64,000 nt of DNA from contig CAWALK010000020.1 of NCBI GenBank assembly GCA_963782915.1, positions 224,001 through 288,000 on the forward strand, read 5' to 3'. Under the pieces are notes generated by a model. That model did no database searches. It saw only the letters and a list, made by a program, of their open reading frames with translations, and was not told where the DNA came from. Every line of letters begins with the position of its first letter. Positions within the stretch are counted from its first letter, which is position 1. Positions 30,452 to 39,024 of this stretch are shown piece after piece. This DNA comes from an uncultured archaeon (lineage in GTDB: Archaea; Thermoproteota; Bathyarchaeia; Bathyarchaeales; Bathycorpusculaceae). The position numbers and the translations under genes were made by a program.

Positions 30452-31105
30452 TTAGTTGGTGTTTTCGAAGGTTTCTTTGAGTACACTGCGGTTTCTCCAG
30501 AAAACTTTGGATTCCGCAACATACTCTTTCTGTTGGGTGTTGTGATGTAGCATTGCACCCAAGTTCTTCTTTGCCACATATGCTTCTGCTGCGCGTAGAG
30601 GTTTGTAGATGAATGTGAAGTAGGCTGTTGCTGATCCCATCAAGAATCCGCTGAACCATAGTGGAGCTACGAAGAAGAAGAAATAGAAGTTCCACACATC
30701 AACGGGGCCGAATAATGCGATTTGTACTGGCGGCGGATAGGTCATGTTTGTCCAGTAGAAGCTGCCCAGCATGAAGTCAAGTGTGTTGAAGCCTAGTCCG
30801 GTCATGACTATAGCTATGAAGAATGCGCCTGTTAGGATTAAGATGTGTTTTTTGGTTTTTGTGTAGTTGAAGAATGAGGACATTGCAAGTCCTGTGGCTA
30901 AACCGCCGATTGCCATTGTTGCCAACCCAAAGAGGCTGTAGGCGTATTGGGCGTCCATGACGATGTAGTTGTTCATGTGCCACTGGAACGTCGCGTTTAC
31001 GCCGTACCATTCAGCGCCAATCATAACTCCAACATACAAACTATAACAGAGTAAAATAACGCTTAGCACCAATGCTGATGCTAAAGCAATTTGCTTTCCC
31101 CTCAT
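30452..31105 (-). CDS. Hypothetical multi-pass membrane protein
   Basis: Four hydrophobic segments; likely start MRGKQ at 31105. Confidence 0.65.
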   Translation of the reverse strand: MRGKQIALASALVLSVILLCYSLYVGVMIGAEWYGVNATFQWHMNNYIVMDAQYAYSLFGLATMAIGGLATGLAMSSFFNYTKTKKHILILTGAFFIAIVMTGLGFNTLDFMLGSFYWTNMTYPPPVQIALFGPVDVWNFYFFFFVAPLWFSGFLMGSATAYFTFIYKPLRAAEAYVAKKNLGAMLHHNTQQKEYVAESKVFWRNRSVLKETFENTN

Positions 31106-31300
31106 ATTCTCCCTTCCGAAACATGGAGGTAATTGCATCATTCTTAAAACTTTCTGAATCCGTAGATGGAACCATCGCTTGGATTCGATTGATATGCTAA
31201 TCCGTTTGCTATGGTTGCTCAAATGTTTTCTTGGAATGTTGAATCCGTATGCAACAAGCGTTAAATAATACTTCAAATACAACCACCCACTGGTGATGCG

Positions 31301-31606
31301 ATGCAGAAGTGGGCTGATTACTTAATCTCTTCCGTACGAACTAACCCGAGTAGTTGCCTTGTTGATTCTATGGAGATTCATTCAGACTTCGGTAATATGG
31401 TCTGTGAAACCGTAATAGCTTCTAGGGCAGATGTTATCGCCAACATAAAGCGGGGCATCACTTACTCCACAGTGTTTAAGACTGCGATGGGGAAATGGCG
31501 TAAAGGCGACGATGTGCACTTAGTTACCGTTAATGGGCAAGAGTATCTGCGTACTGATAGTGAATGTGTGGCTAAGGATCAATTCGACGAAGTGCCTGAA
31601 TTATAA
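31301..31606 (+). CDS. DUF3892 domain protein
   Basis: KWADYLIS...SRADVIANI...VHLVTVNGQEYLRTD. Confidence 0.8.
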   Translation: MQKWADYLISSVRTNPSSCLVDSMEIHSDFGNMVCETVIASRADVIANIKRGITYSTVFKTAMGKWRKGDDVHLVTVNGQEYLRTDSECVAKDQFDEVPEL

Positions 31607-31656
31607 AACTTACAACTTAACTTACCCCTATCAAAAAGCAAGTGTTCATACTGTTG

Positions 31657-31779
31657 TTAAATGGACACTTTGATTTCAGAGTATATGCTTTTGTGTTCCC
31701 TTAATCTGTGCTCTCTTAATTTGTTTGGGTTAGACATCATTGCTTTGCATATTGGGCATTTCAAAAACATGTAATCCAT
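31657..31779 (-). CDS. 40-aa C2H2 zinc-finger microprotein (not in ORF track)
   Basis: MDYMFLKCPICKAMMSNPNKLREHRLREHKSIYSEIKVSI*; C-x2-C-x12-H-x4-H; AGGAGG 6 nt upstream. Confidence 0.75.
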   Translation of the reverse strand: MDYMFLKCPICKAMMSNPNKLREHRLREHKSIYSEIKVSI

Positions 31780-31799
31780 AGCAGTCCTCCTTGGAATTA

Positions 31800-31908
31800 G
31801 GCGGACTTTTGCTCTCTTAATCCAAGTTTATCTATTAAGAGATAGCCTATTGGTGATGGAAACGAGTCTGTCTTGGCTGCGGTAAACTTGGACTACAGCA
31901 AGCCCGCC
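31800..31908 (-). ncRNA. Candidate kissing-loop leader RNA upstream of the Zn-finger microprotein
   Basis: 9-bp closing stem enclosing two hairpins whose loops CCAAGUUU and AAACUUGG are complementary. Confidence 0.6.
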
Positions 31909-32321
31909 CATTCAAAACGTGGATTTGAAGATAGTTAAATGATTGTTGGCTTCGCCCTGAAACAACTACTCAGAAAGTGAATATCTTAACGTTAAATTGC
32001 CCGCTCATTATTCAAGGAGTGTTAATGCATGCAATTTAGGCCCTATCAATAAAAGTCGTGAACAATAAATTTGAGTTATAATAGGAAAAAGGAGGGAGAG
32101 GACAAGAGTCGTCGTCTTTTTTCTCCCTACTTCTCTTTTTGAATAGCTTTGGTTTATCCATTGCTACGCGGTAAATTGGATCAGTGCCGCTTGGCTTGTG
32201 GTTGCATTCGATCTGCATCCTGCGTTAGCCTGCGAGCTTCTTTTCTTTTTGGCTCTTATCCTCACTTAAACTACTGGTGGGTTTAGTGTTATATAATTTG
32301 CGGAAATCCCTCTGGATAGGT

Positions 32322-32400
32322 TTAGTCAAGGAATGTAGACTAACCCTTAGTCAAGAAACATGAACTAAAAACTGCTGATTAGTCAAGGAACCTGCACAAG
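32322..32400. promoter_or_regulatory. Three tandem 22-bp imperfect palindromes (operator-like)
   Basis: TTAGTC-N10-GACTAA (32322), TTAGTC-N10-AACTAA (32347), TTAGTC-N10-CACAAG (32379). Confidence 0.6.
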
Positions 32401-32613
32401 AACCCTTTAATTTCTATCCGATCCAAGGCTTTATTTGTGGAGAAACATGCCAAAAAACAGTTCATCCGTCTATAAAATCTTCTTTGAATCCACTAATTTT
32501 TCACCTCAACTGCAGTACCCTTGGACAGAAGAGTTGCAATCTGAACAGGGGGAGGCTTCCTGAACCAACTAAGAGGCCGCCTAGTAAACGTTGACCTGAT
32601 TCGAACCATCGCC

Positions 32614-33666
32614 ATGATCGGTGTAATCCTCCTACATGCATCAGGCCGCTTCATAATAACCCCCGAAGAAATCAACCAGCTTAGCCCATTGGAGTTTACC
32701 CGCTGGAGCATCGTGGACGTCTATCAAAGCATCGCGGTTCCCTTGGGCGTTCCATTATTCCTAATGCTATCCGGCGCTCTTTTGTTGCAACCCCAAAAGA
32801 AAGATACCTTGCCGGTTTTTTTCAAGAAAAGATGGGCCAGAATCGGTTTACCCTCCCTGTTTTGGGGCACCGCATATTTCGCATGGGATTTTCTGGTCCA
32901 AAATATTCCCTTCTCCGCGGGAGTAATAGTTCAAGGCATACTCAATGGTCCCTATACGCAACTCTGGTACCTCTATGTGCTCGTCGGTCTCTACTTTTTG
33001 ACTCCGATACTGCGCATATTCATGGCTCATGCAGATTCGACGATGATAAAATACTTCATAATCTTGTGGACCGTTGGCGTAGCCATCATACCCTTCTTGA
33101 GCTTATTCAGCATTTACAAACTAAACGATAACGTCTTCGCACTCACTGGGTACGTTGGCTTCTTTGTGTTAGGATCTTACCTATCAACCGTGCACATACG
33201 CCGCAGAACTCTTGGAGCTCTCTTTATTTCCGGCGTCGCCTTAACCGCACTTGGCACATATGCCTTAGCCGCAACAAAGGGCGGGACAGAAATGTACTTT
33301 CTACAACAATACTTTAGCCCAACAATCATCTTAGCCTCAGTCTCCGCGTTTCTGCTGCTAATGACAATTAAGCCCCCCACCATTCAGAAAGACAGCAGCC
33401 CCTCTAAAGTCAACAAGCTAATCAAATTGATCAGCGTAAACACTTTAGGCATATTCTTCATCCACGTAATGATAATTGAATCCATACAATTGGGCTACTT
33501 TGGTTTCACAATGAACCGCACCACACTTAACCCCGTCATCGAGGTTCCATTGTTAACGGCAATCGTGCTGTTTGCTTCTCTTGGGATAATTCTTTTACTC
33601 AAAAAGATACCATATCTAAAACGGTTGATTGATGGGACATCTGAACATTTGGGGGGCGAGGAATGA
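32614..33666 (+). CDS. Acyltransferase family 3 (WecH/OafA-like O-acetyltransferase); true start slightly upstream
   Basis: DLIRTIAMIGVILLH, VPLFLMLSGALLL, QLWYLY, LGIFFIH. Confidence 0.88.
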   Translation: MIGVILLHASGRFIITPEEINQLSPLEFTRWSIVDVYQSIAVPLGVPLFLMLSGALLLQPQKKDTLPVFFKKRWARIGLPSLFWGTAYFAWDFLVQNIPFSAGVIVQGILNGPYTQLWYLYVLVGLYFLTPILRIFMAHADSTMIKYFIILWTVGVAIIPFLSLFSIYKLNDNVFALTGYVGFFVLGSYLSTVHIRRRTLGALFISGVALTALGTYALAATKGGTEMYFLQQYFSPTIILASVSAFLLLMTIKPPTIQKDSSPSKVNKLIKLISVNTLGIFFIHVMIIESIQLGYFGFTMNRTTLNPVIEVPLLTAIVLFASLGIILLLKKIPYLKRLIDGTSEHLGGEE

Positions 33667-34322
33667 ATAGAAAAAAGTTGATGATGCTAGCGGCTGGATT
33701 AGTTGTCCTGCTCATTTCGTCAGGGTTGGTAGCATACTACCTATTCGCTGACAAAGCTTCAGAGTCAATCCGCGTTGCCTGCGTCGGAGACAGTCTCACC
33801 CAATCAACCGAATACCCCTATGACCTGTGGAATCTGCTGGGCAACCAAAGCTATAGCCTCCGCAATTTTGGTGCAGGCTCAACCACAGTTACGCTGCAAT
33901 CAGAAACACCCTACATGAACACAACCGTATTCCAAGACGCCCTAAACTTCCAGCCAAACATCGTAATCATCATGCTTGGAACCAACGACGCCCAACCCAG
34001 CTTGCACCAATTCAACGCAAGCTTTGTCGGTGACTATGTGAAGTTGGTGACGGCATTTCAGGGGCTTTCAAGTAAACCTGAAGTGTGGGTTGTTTTACCC
34101 CCGCCGATTATCAGCAACCAATCGGGCAAAATGGATAGTGCCTATTTCGAGGACACTATAATTCCAGGTATCATGCAAGCGGCAAACGAGACGGATGTGC
34201 CGGTAATTGATGTTTATTCGGCGTTTGCCGAGCGCCCCGATTATTATCTGGATGGGGTCCACGTGAATAGTGAGGGTGCAAAATTAATCGCTGACACGGT
34301 ATATTCGGCTGTTTTTTCCTGA
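33663..34322 (+). CDS. Membrane-anchored SGNH/GDSL hydrolase
   Basis: N-terminal TM; CVGDSLT, MLGTND, DGVH. Confidence 0.9.
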   Translation: MNRKKLMMLAAGLVVLLISSGLVAYYLFADKASESIRVACVGDSLTQSTEYPYDLWNLLGNQSYSLRNFGAGSTTVTLQSETPYMNTTVFQDALNFQPNIVIIMLGTNDAQPSLHQFNASFVGDYVKLVTAFQGLSSKPEVWVVLPPPIISNQSGKMDSAYFEDTIIPGIMQAANETDVPVIDVYSAFAERPDYYLDGVHVNSEGAKLIADTVYSAVFS

Positions 34323-34337
34323 TGGTGAGTAGCCGAC

Positions 34338-34692
34338 CTATTTTTCTTGTTTTGCAGTTGTTTTTGGGGTTGCGAGTTGTTTTCTGATTATGAGAAACAG
34401 CGCCACAAACAGTGCTGCCGCAACTACAGCTGAGGTTGCACCCATTATGAGCCATGCTTGCCATGCTGGCATGAAGGTTTCCAAATAACGCAGGGACCCG
34501 ATGAGGAAAAACAGTGCAGCTGACCCCGCCATAGAGATACCTGAGCACATAAGTACAGCGCCCGTGATAGAGATTATTAAGAGTTTTTTCAGGCGTGCTT
34601 TAAGGGCTGCTTCTTGTTTATTGGCATATTCTTTTAGGGCTGCTTTTAGTTGGTCGAAGAATTGAGTGATTAATTCTTTAAGCTCCGTTATT
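34338..34692 (-). CDS. Two-TM membrane protein (YqjE/phage-holin-like architecture); start uncertain
   Basis: Frame stays open upstream of 34550: amphipathic helix (ELKELITQFFDQLKAALKEY..) then two TMs and a basic tail. Confidence 0.45.
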
Positions 34693-34864
34693 GTTTTTAC
34701 CCACCTAAAAACTGACTTTGCCCTGACGGTTTTTGTTGGCAGTTGGTTTAGGGCTGAACAATTTTTAAGGCTGTGTGGTTGCCAGCTAACAGCAACAGTT
34801 GTTTAATGGTGTACTTTCAGGGAAAGGGTAACTCTTACCTATTTGCAATAGACCAAAAACCGTC

Positions 34865-34910
34865 CTGTTCTGCTTGCGGTTTGCTCTACAACCAGCCAGC
34901 AACCCAAACA
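34865..34910. repeat. Partial copy of dispersed repeat family
   Basis: CTGTTCTGCTTGCGGTTTGCTCTACAACCAGCCAGCAACCCAAAC matches 3124-3170. Confidence 0.75.
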
Positions 34911-35239
34911 ATAACCCAACACCAAAACAAGCACTAATCACCTAAAACCCTCCATTTCCTTTCGGGTATTTAGTGAAGTTAAATCTGGTTTTTTCCACAC
35001 AAGGGCTTATCCGACCTCAATTATGAAAGGCAGCCTTCAGTACTCCAAAGGCAGAATCGAAACTATTGTTTATGCATCCGTTTGCATTTTCCACAGCCAC
35101 TCAAAGCAACAACAGACCTGAAACGTCGGTCAATCCATGGGGAAAACAGCAAGCATGCAGCCCACAGGAGAGGTCAAACTTACCGCTTTTCCCAGAGATG
35201 CCTACACAAAATAGCCCTATCACTAAACAGCCCTTATAA

Positions 35240-35305
35240 GAATTAACATATAGCTAACGCTGAGTCTAAAGACTGGTAATCAGGTTGGAGCTGTGGGAAA
35301 AGGTC
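35240..35305. repeat. 66-bp repeat, copy 1 (3' of surface-protein gene)
   Basis: GAATTAACATATAGCTAACGCTGAGTCTAAAGACTGGTAATCAGGTTGGAGCTGTGGGAAAAGGTC aligns ungapped with 36240-36305. Confidence 0.85.
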
Positions 35306-36047
35306 ATTGCTTCAAGTTTGCGGTTTTTCGATGGCTAATTACCACAGCAACAGCAAATACCAACAGAAGCAAAGGCACAATGGCCAACCAAGATAACTCT
35401 GGAACTGTTGGAGAGAGTGTAGGTGTTGGATTGTTGCTTTCTAATATGGTTACTGTTTGGGTCGGGCTCCAGTCACTTGATACGCCTGTAAACTTGTAAT
35501 AACTGCCCAAGCTTACTGTACCGCCGCCAACATCAGCAATATGCCCTATCTGTGCTTGCACTTCAAAATCTTCTTGTCCCTCATGAACACCAAAAATAAA
35601 TGTCGTGTTAGCCGCTTCTGATTGGGTGAAATAAGGAAAAACCCCTCTGCTGATAATCATACCATTCCAAGGAGTGGCAGTTACTCCATCAGGATTAAAA
35701 GGGAAATAAGTCCATTGGGTTCCGTAATGTCCTTTGTATCTAAAATTATAGTATAAGCCGATGTAGTTGCCGTTGGAGTCATTGTATGGCGTGAAAGGTT
35801 GGTTCTTAACCGTGACTTCAATAGACCTATTATCTACGTGATAACCTGCTTGGATTGTTATGTTCTGCCCTGTGTATTGGTCTATTCCATATTTAGGTGG
35901 AACATCATAAGAATAGTCAACATATCTAAGGGTAAATTCTGGTACAGATGGCTTAGGTATAGACTGAGCAGAAGTAAGACTAACTAGCGATAAACTTGAA
36001 ACCATCAGAAAGATGGCAACTAACAGGAACGCTTTCTTTCTTCCCAT
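35304..36047 (-). CDS. Secreted surface protein with C-terminal VPE/PEF-like sorting TM
   Basis: Signal peptide, PKPSVPEFTL, SDWSPTQTV, PTVPEL-TM-basic tail. Confidence 0.8.
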   Translation of the reverse strand: MGRKKAFLLVAIFLMVSSLSLVSLTSAQSIPKPSVPEFTLRYVDYSYDVPPKYGIDQYTGQNITIQAGYHVDNRSIEVTVKNQPFTPYNDSNGNYIGLYYNFRYKGHYGTQWTYFPFNPDGVTATPWNGMIISRGVFPYFTQSEAANTTFIFGVHEGQEDFEVQAQIGHIADVGGGTVSLGSYYKFTGVSSDWSPTQTVTILESNNPTPTLSPTVPELSWLAIVPLLLLVFAVAVVISHRKTANLKQ

Positions 36048-36177
36048 ATGATGTAACCAGCAAGAAATGATAAAAATATTCTTTCAAGTTAGCGGTAGAA
36101 CCAAAACGGAGGGTGGGTACACTGCATCGCTGGAAAAGGTAGTTAAGTGCCCTTCAAAGGGTATATCACCTTTAAAC

Positions 36178-36236
36178 TTAGGCGTCAGCGCCTAGTCACA
36201 TGCAGAAACGGCTTCTCTTCAGCTGCAAGCGCGAGC
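36178..36236 (-). pseudogene. Terminase large-subunit extreme 3' remnant (copy C)
   Basis: LALAAEEKPFLHVTRR* matches the end of copy B (PLATGEKPFLYVVRR*). Confidence 0.6.
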
Positions 36237-36239
36237 TGA

Positions 36240-36305
36240 GAATTAACATATAGTCAACGCTGAAACTGAAGACTGGAGATCAGGCTGGAACTGTGGGAAA
36301 AGGTC
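36240..36305. repeat. 66-bp repeat, copy 2
   Basis: GAATTAACATATAGTCAACGCTGAAACTGAAGACTGGAGATCAGGCTGGAACTGTGGGAAAAGGTC. Confidence 0.85.
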
Positions 36306-37114
36306 TATTTGCTCAAGTGAGCGGTTTTTAGATGCCTTCTAAAAAGCAATACCGATAGAGCCACCGCAATTAGCGCAACCACTGCAATGATAATTAAGAC
36401 ATCCAAGGGCAAGGTGACTGAATTGGTAGAGTTACCATTTGTGTCTGGTGCAGTCGGTGTTACAGTAGGCGTTGAAGTGGTAGTTGAAGTTTGACCTATT
36501 ATTAATGTTTGGGTGTTGCTCCAATCGCTATATTGGCCTACAAAATGGTATTGTTTATCCCGATAATACATGTAGCCTGCTATTGCCTGTACTTGGGTAT
36601 CAAGAGAGACACCCTGAGGAACTCTCCAAACGCCCGGGATCTTGATGGTTACGGTAGTATATTCGGCGCTGGATTGTGAAAAAGCGGGGGCAGAAGGTCT
36701 CTCCTCAAGGGGAATGAATGACCCGCCATAAGTGTTTGAAGACTGACCGTCTGGCATAAATGGATAATAGTCCCACTCTGCTCCATAAGCGCCTTTTACC
36801 CTGAAGTTATAGTACAGACCAATATGGGTCCCGTTTGCATCCGTATAGGGAGTAAATAGTTGATTTTTTATGGTGAACTGTATCGACCTGTTATCGACAT
36901 GGTAGCCATTTTGTGTGATGATGGTTTTTCCTGTGTATTGGTCGATTCCATAGGTTGGTGGTACATCATAGGATAGGTCTATGTATTTTGGAGTGAATTC
37001 TGGAACAGACGGCTTGGGTGTTGATTGAGCAAAAGTTGGCTTAACCACACTCAGGCTTGGGATAGCTAATAGAACTAAAAGCAATAGAATCAAACTTTTG
37101 CTCAGTAATCGCAT
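36305..37114 (-). CDS. Secreted surface protein, paralog of 35304-36047
   Basis: PKPSVPEFT, YDVPPTYGIDQYTG, GLYYNFR, SDWSNTQT, Thr-rich linker, C-terminal TM. Confidence 0.8.
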   Translation of the reverse strand: MRLLSKSLILLLLVLLAIPSLSVVKPTFAQSTPKPSVPEFTPKYIDLSYDVPPTYGIDQYTGKTIITQNGYHVDNRSIQFTIKNQLFTPYTDANGTHIGLYYNFRVKGAYGAEWDYYPFMPDGQSSNTYGGSFIPLEERPSAPAFSQSSAEYTTVTIKIPGVWRVPQGVSLDTQVQAIAGYMYYRDKQYHFVGQYSDWSNTQTLIIGQTSTTTSTPTVTPTAPDTNGNSTNSVTLPLDVLIIIAVVALIAVALSVLLFRRHLKTAHLSK

Positions 37115-37302
37115 AAGTACCCTGTGAAGTCGCTTTCAATAAAAGTTTACTGAAATCTTGTTTATGAGTAGTAACATCTTAACTGTGCAGATACATAGAC
37201 GGAAAAAGGCTCAACCACCTTTTCAAAAACTTAGGCGAGGGTTTTTCAATCCAAATGCTAGAATTCTGGTTATGTTGCTTATACCCTCACTATCTAAAGG
37301 CG

Positions 37303-37452
37303 TCAACGCCTAACCACATAAAGAAACGGCTTTTCTCCGGTTGCAAGCGGTTAACTATACCGCAGAGCATCGGTCGCATGGTCGTTTTCTTTGATGTCTT
37401 CCTGATACTCCAACAATTCGCTAATCAAGTTAACATAGCGCTTCATAGCACT
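37303..37452 (-). pseudogene. Terminase large-subunit C-terminal remnant (copy B)
   Basis: KRYVNLISELLEYQEDIKENDHATDALRYS*PLATGEKPFLYVVRR*. Confidence 0.75.
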
Positions 37453-37531
37453 CACACCGAACTAACAACGGGCCAAGGATGCCTCCGAAATGTTCATTTT
37501 GTTGGCAAAGGTAAAACTTGTAGGTCTCTTT

Positions 37532-38242
37532 ATGAGCGAAGTTTTAAAAGTTATCAGGGATCGTCAATCCTCCAGGGTACAATTTGACCCCAATAGACCA
37601 ATCTCCAAAGATAATATCAATCAGATACTGGAGTCTGCACGATGGTCACCTACAGGACATAACATGCAGAACTACGAAATCATGGTTATTGACGACAAGG
37701 CGCTGCTTGAAAAAATTGGCAGCGTAAAATCATGCGTCTTAGAGGAATTCTTACGCGACAACTATGAGCACCTGTCTTTCTCCGAGGAAGAACTCAAGCG
37801 GAAGAAGACTGGCATTTTATCAACTGGTTTTCCACTTGACTGGATTGACCCAGCCAAATTCCCCCAAATTGCACGTTCTCCCCCGATACCGATTAGCAAT
37901 TCCATACGAGGCAGCCCAACCCTTCTAATGGTTTTGTATGATTCAATAAAGAAAGCACCTGCCCTTGCCGTAGATGTTTATGGTTTCATTAGTTTAGGCT
38001 GCCTCATGGAGAACATCTGGCTGACTGCACAGGCTCTGGGAATTAGCATGCAAATTCTAAGTTTATCTGCCACAGTATCTGTTGAGAAGGAACTAAAACA
38101 GATCCTTGGAGTTCCCGACCCGCTAAAAATTGCTTACACAATCCGTCTGGGATATCCACTAATGCCCACAGAAAGCTTGCGCGTCAGAAGAGACATCGAG
38201 GACTTCACCCATCATAATCGGTATGGTCAAAAAGGAATTTAA
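37532..38242 (+). CDS. Nitroreductase family protein
   Basis: IRDRQSSR...ILESARWSPTGHNMQN...MENIWLTAQALGI...LGYP. Confidence 0.9.
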   Translation: MSEVLKVIRDRQSSRVQFDPNRPISKDNINQILESARWSPTGHNMQNYEIMVIDDKALLEKIGSVKSCVLEEFLRDNYEHLSFSEEELKRKKTGILSTGFPLDWIDPAKFPQIARSPPIPISNSIRGSPTLLMVLYDSIKKAPALAVDVYGFISLGCLMENIWLTAQALGISMQILSLSATVSVEKELKQILGVPDPLKIAYTIRLGYPLMPTESLRVRRDIEDFTHHNRYGQKGI

Positions 38243-38313
38243 CAAGCTTCAATACGCACCCATCTAAAAACCGCTCTTTTTTAGCGGGCGTTATTGCTTC
38301 TTTCATAGCAATC

Positions 38314-38652
38314 TCAAGTAAGGTACACCCTCAACATCGAACCACATACAGACGGCTTTTCTTCTTGAGCGAGCGGCAAACTATACCGTAGAGTATCAGT
38401 CGCATGGTCGTTTTCTTTGACGTCTTCCCGATACTCCAACAATTCGTTGATAAGGTTGACGCAGCGTTTGCTTACAAACTGGCGGGGCTTCCCATCAATA
38501 GCAGGAGTTAGGCGGCTTACAAGTTCCCCGCAACCCATCTTTACGTTTGAAAGTATAGGGCTTAGCGTTTAACCCTGCGCGGCAAAGCTTCAGAATCGAC
38601 TGGGGAAAAGGGGCATCGCACCAAAACGTTCCCTCACCCCATTCCTCTCTCT
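38314..38652 (-). pseudogene. Terminase large-subunit C-terminal nuclease remnant (copy A, frameshifted)
   Basis: EEWGEGTFWCDAPFPQSILKLCRAGLNAKPY..KDG/ELVSRL..DGKPRQFVSKRCVNLINELLEYREDVKENDHATDTLRY resembles the terminase DH..DALRY motif. Confidence 0.75.
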
Positions 38653-38917
38653 ATCTTTGTTTGTGAAGTTTGCTTATTTGTGCAGGTTGGCGTGTGGGTG
38701 GTTTAGTTTTTGTATTGGGTTGGGTGTTGTGTGTTTGTTGGTTGTTCTGAATTTTGTGGCCCTTTGTGTTGTGCCACGGGTGGTACAAGACGGCTTATCT
38801 GTAATCAGCGGCTCTTCGGGGGTACGGGCGAACCGAATTGAATGGGCCATGCTAGTGCCCGAACTCATTGCGCTGTTCATTGCTATCATTGATTGCAAAG
38901 TAATTCAGGAATTCAGT

Positions 38918-39024
38918 CTATATATAAGGGAGGGGGTAGGTCGGCAAAGCAGCAAAGCTGCGTTTTATAGGAGATAGGGGGTCTATGCAGAGCAGCAGCA
39001 GCCTAGTCTATTTATTCTTTATAA
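38918..39024. repeat. Left part of a dispersed repeat copy interrupted by the IS
   Basis: TATATAAGGGAGGGGGTAGG...AGGGGGTCTATGCAGAGCAGC...CTATTTATTCTTTATAA; continues at 40129-40162. Confidence 0.75.

Noticed and set aside
32322-32400. Mini CRISPR array
   Set aside because: Spacers are only 3 and 10 nt and no cas genes are present; operator-like instead
35240-36305. 66-bp repeats as integron attC or dif sites
   Set aside because: No RYYYAAC...GTTRRRY hairpin symmetry, only one arm resembles dif, and no integrase in the window; kept as an unassigned repeat
34338-38652. Intact provirus
   Set aside because: Only terminase 3' scraps and a weak holin-like gene; no capsid, portal, integrase or att pair found
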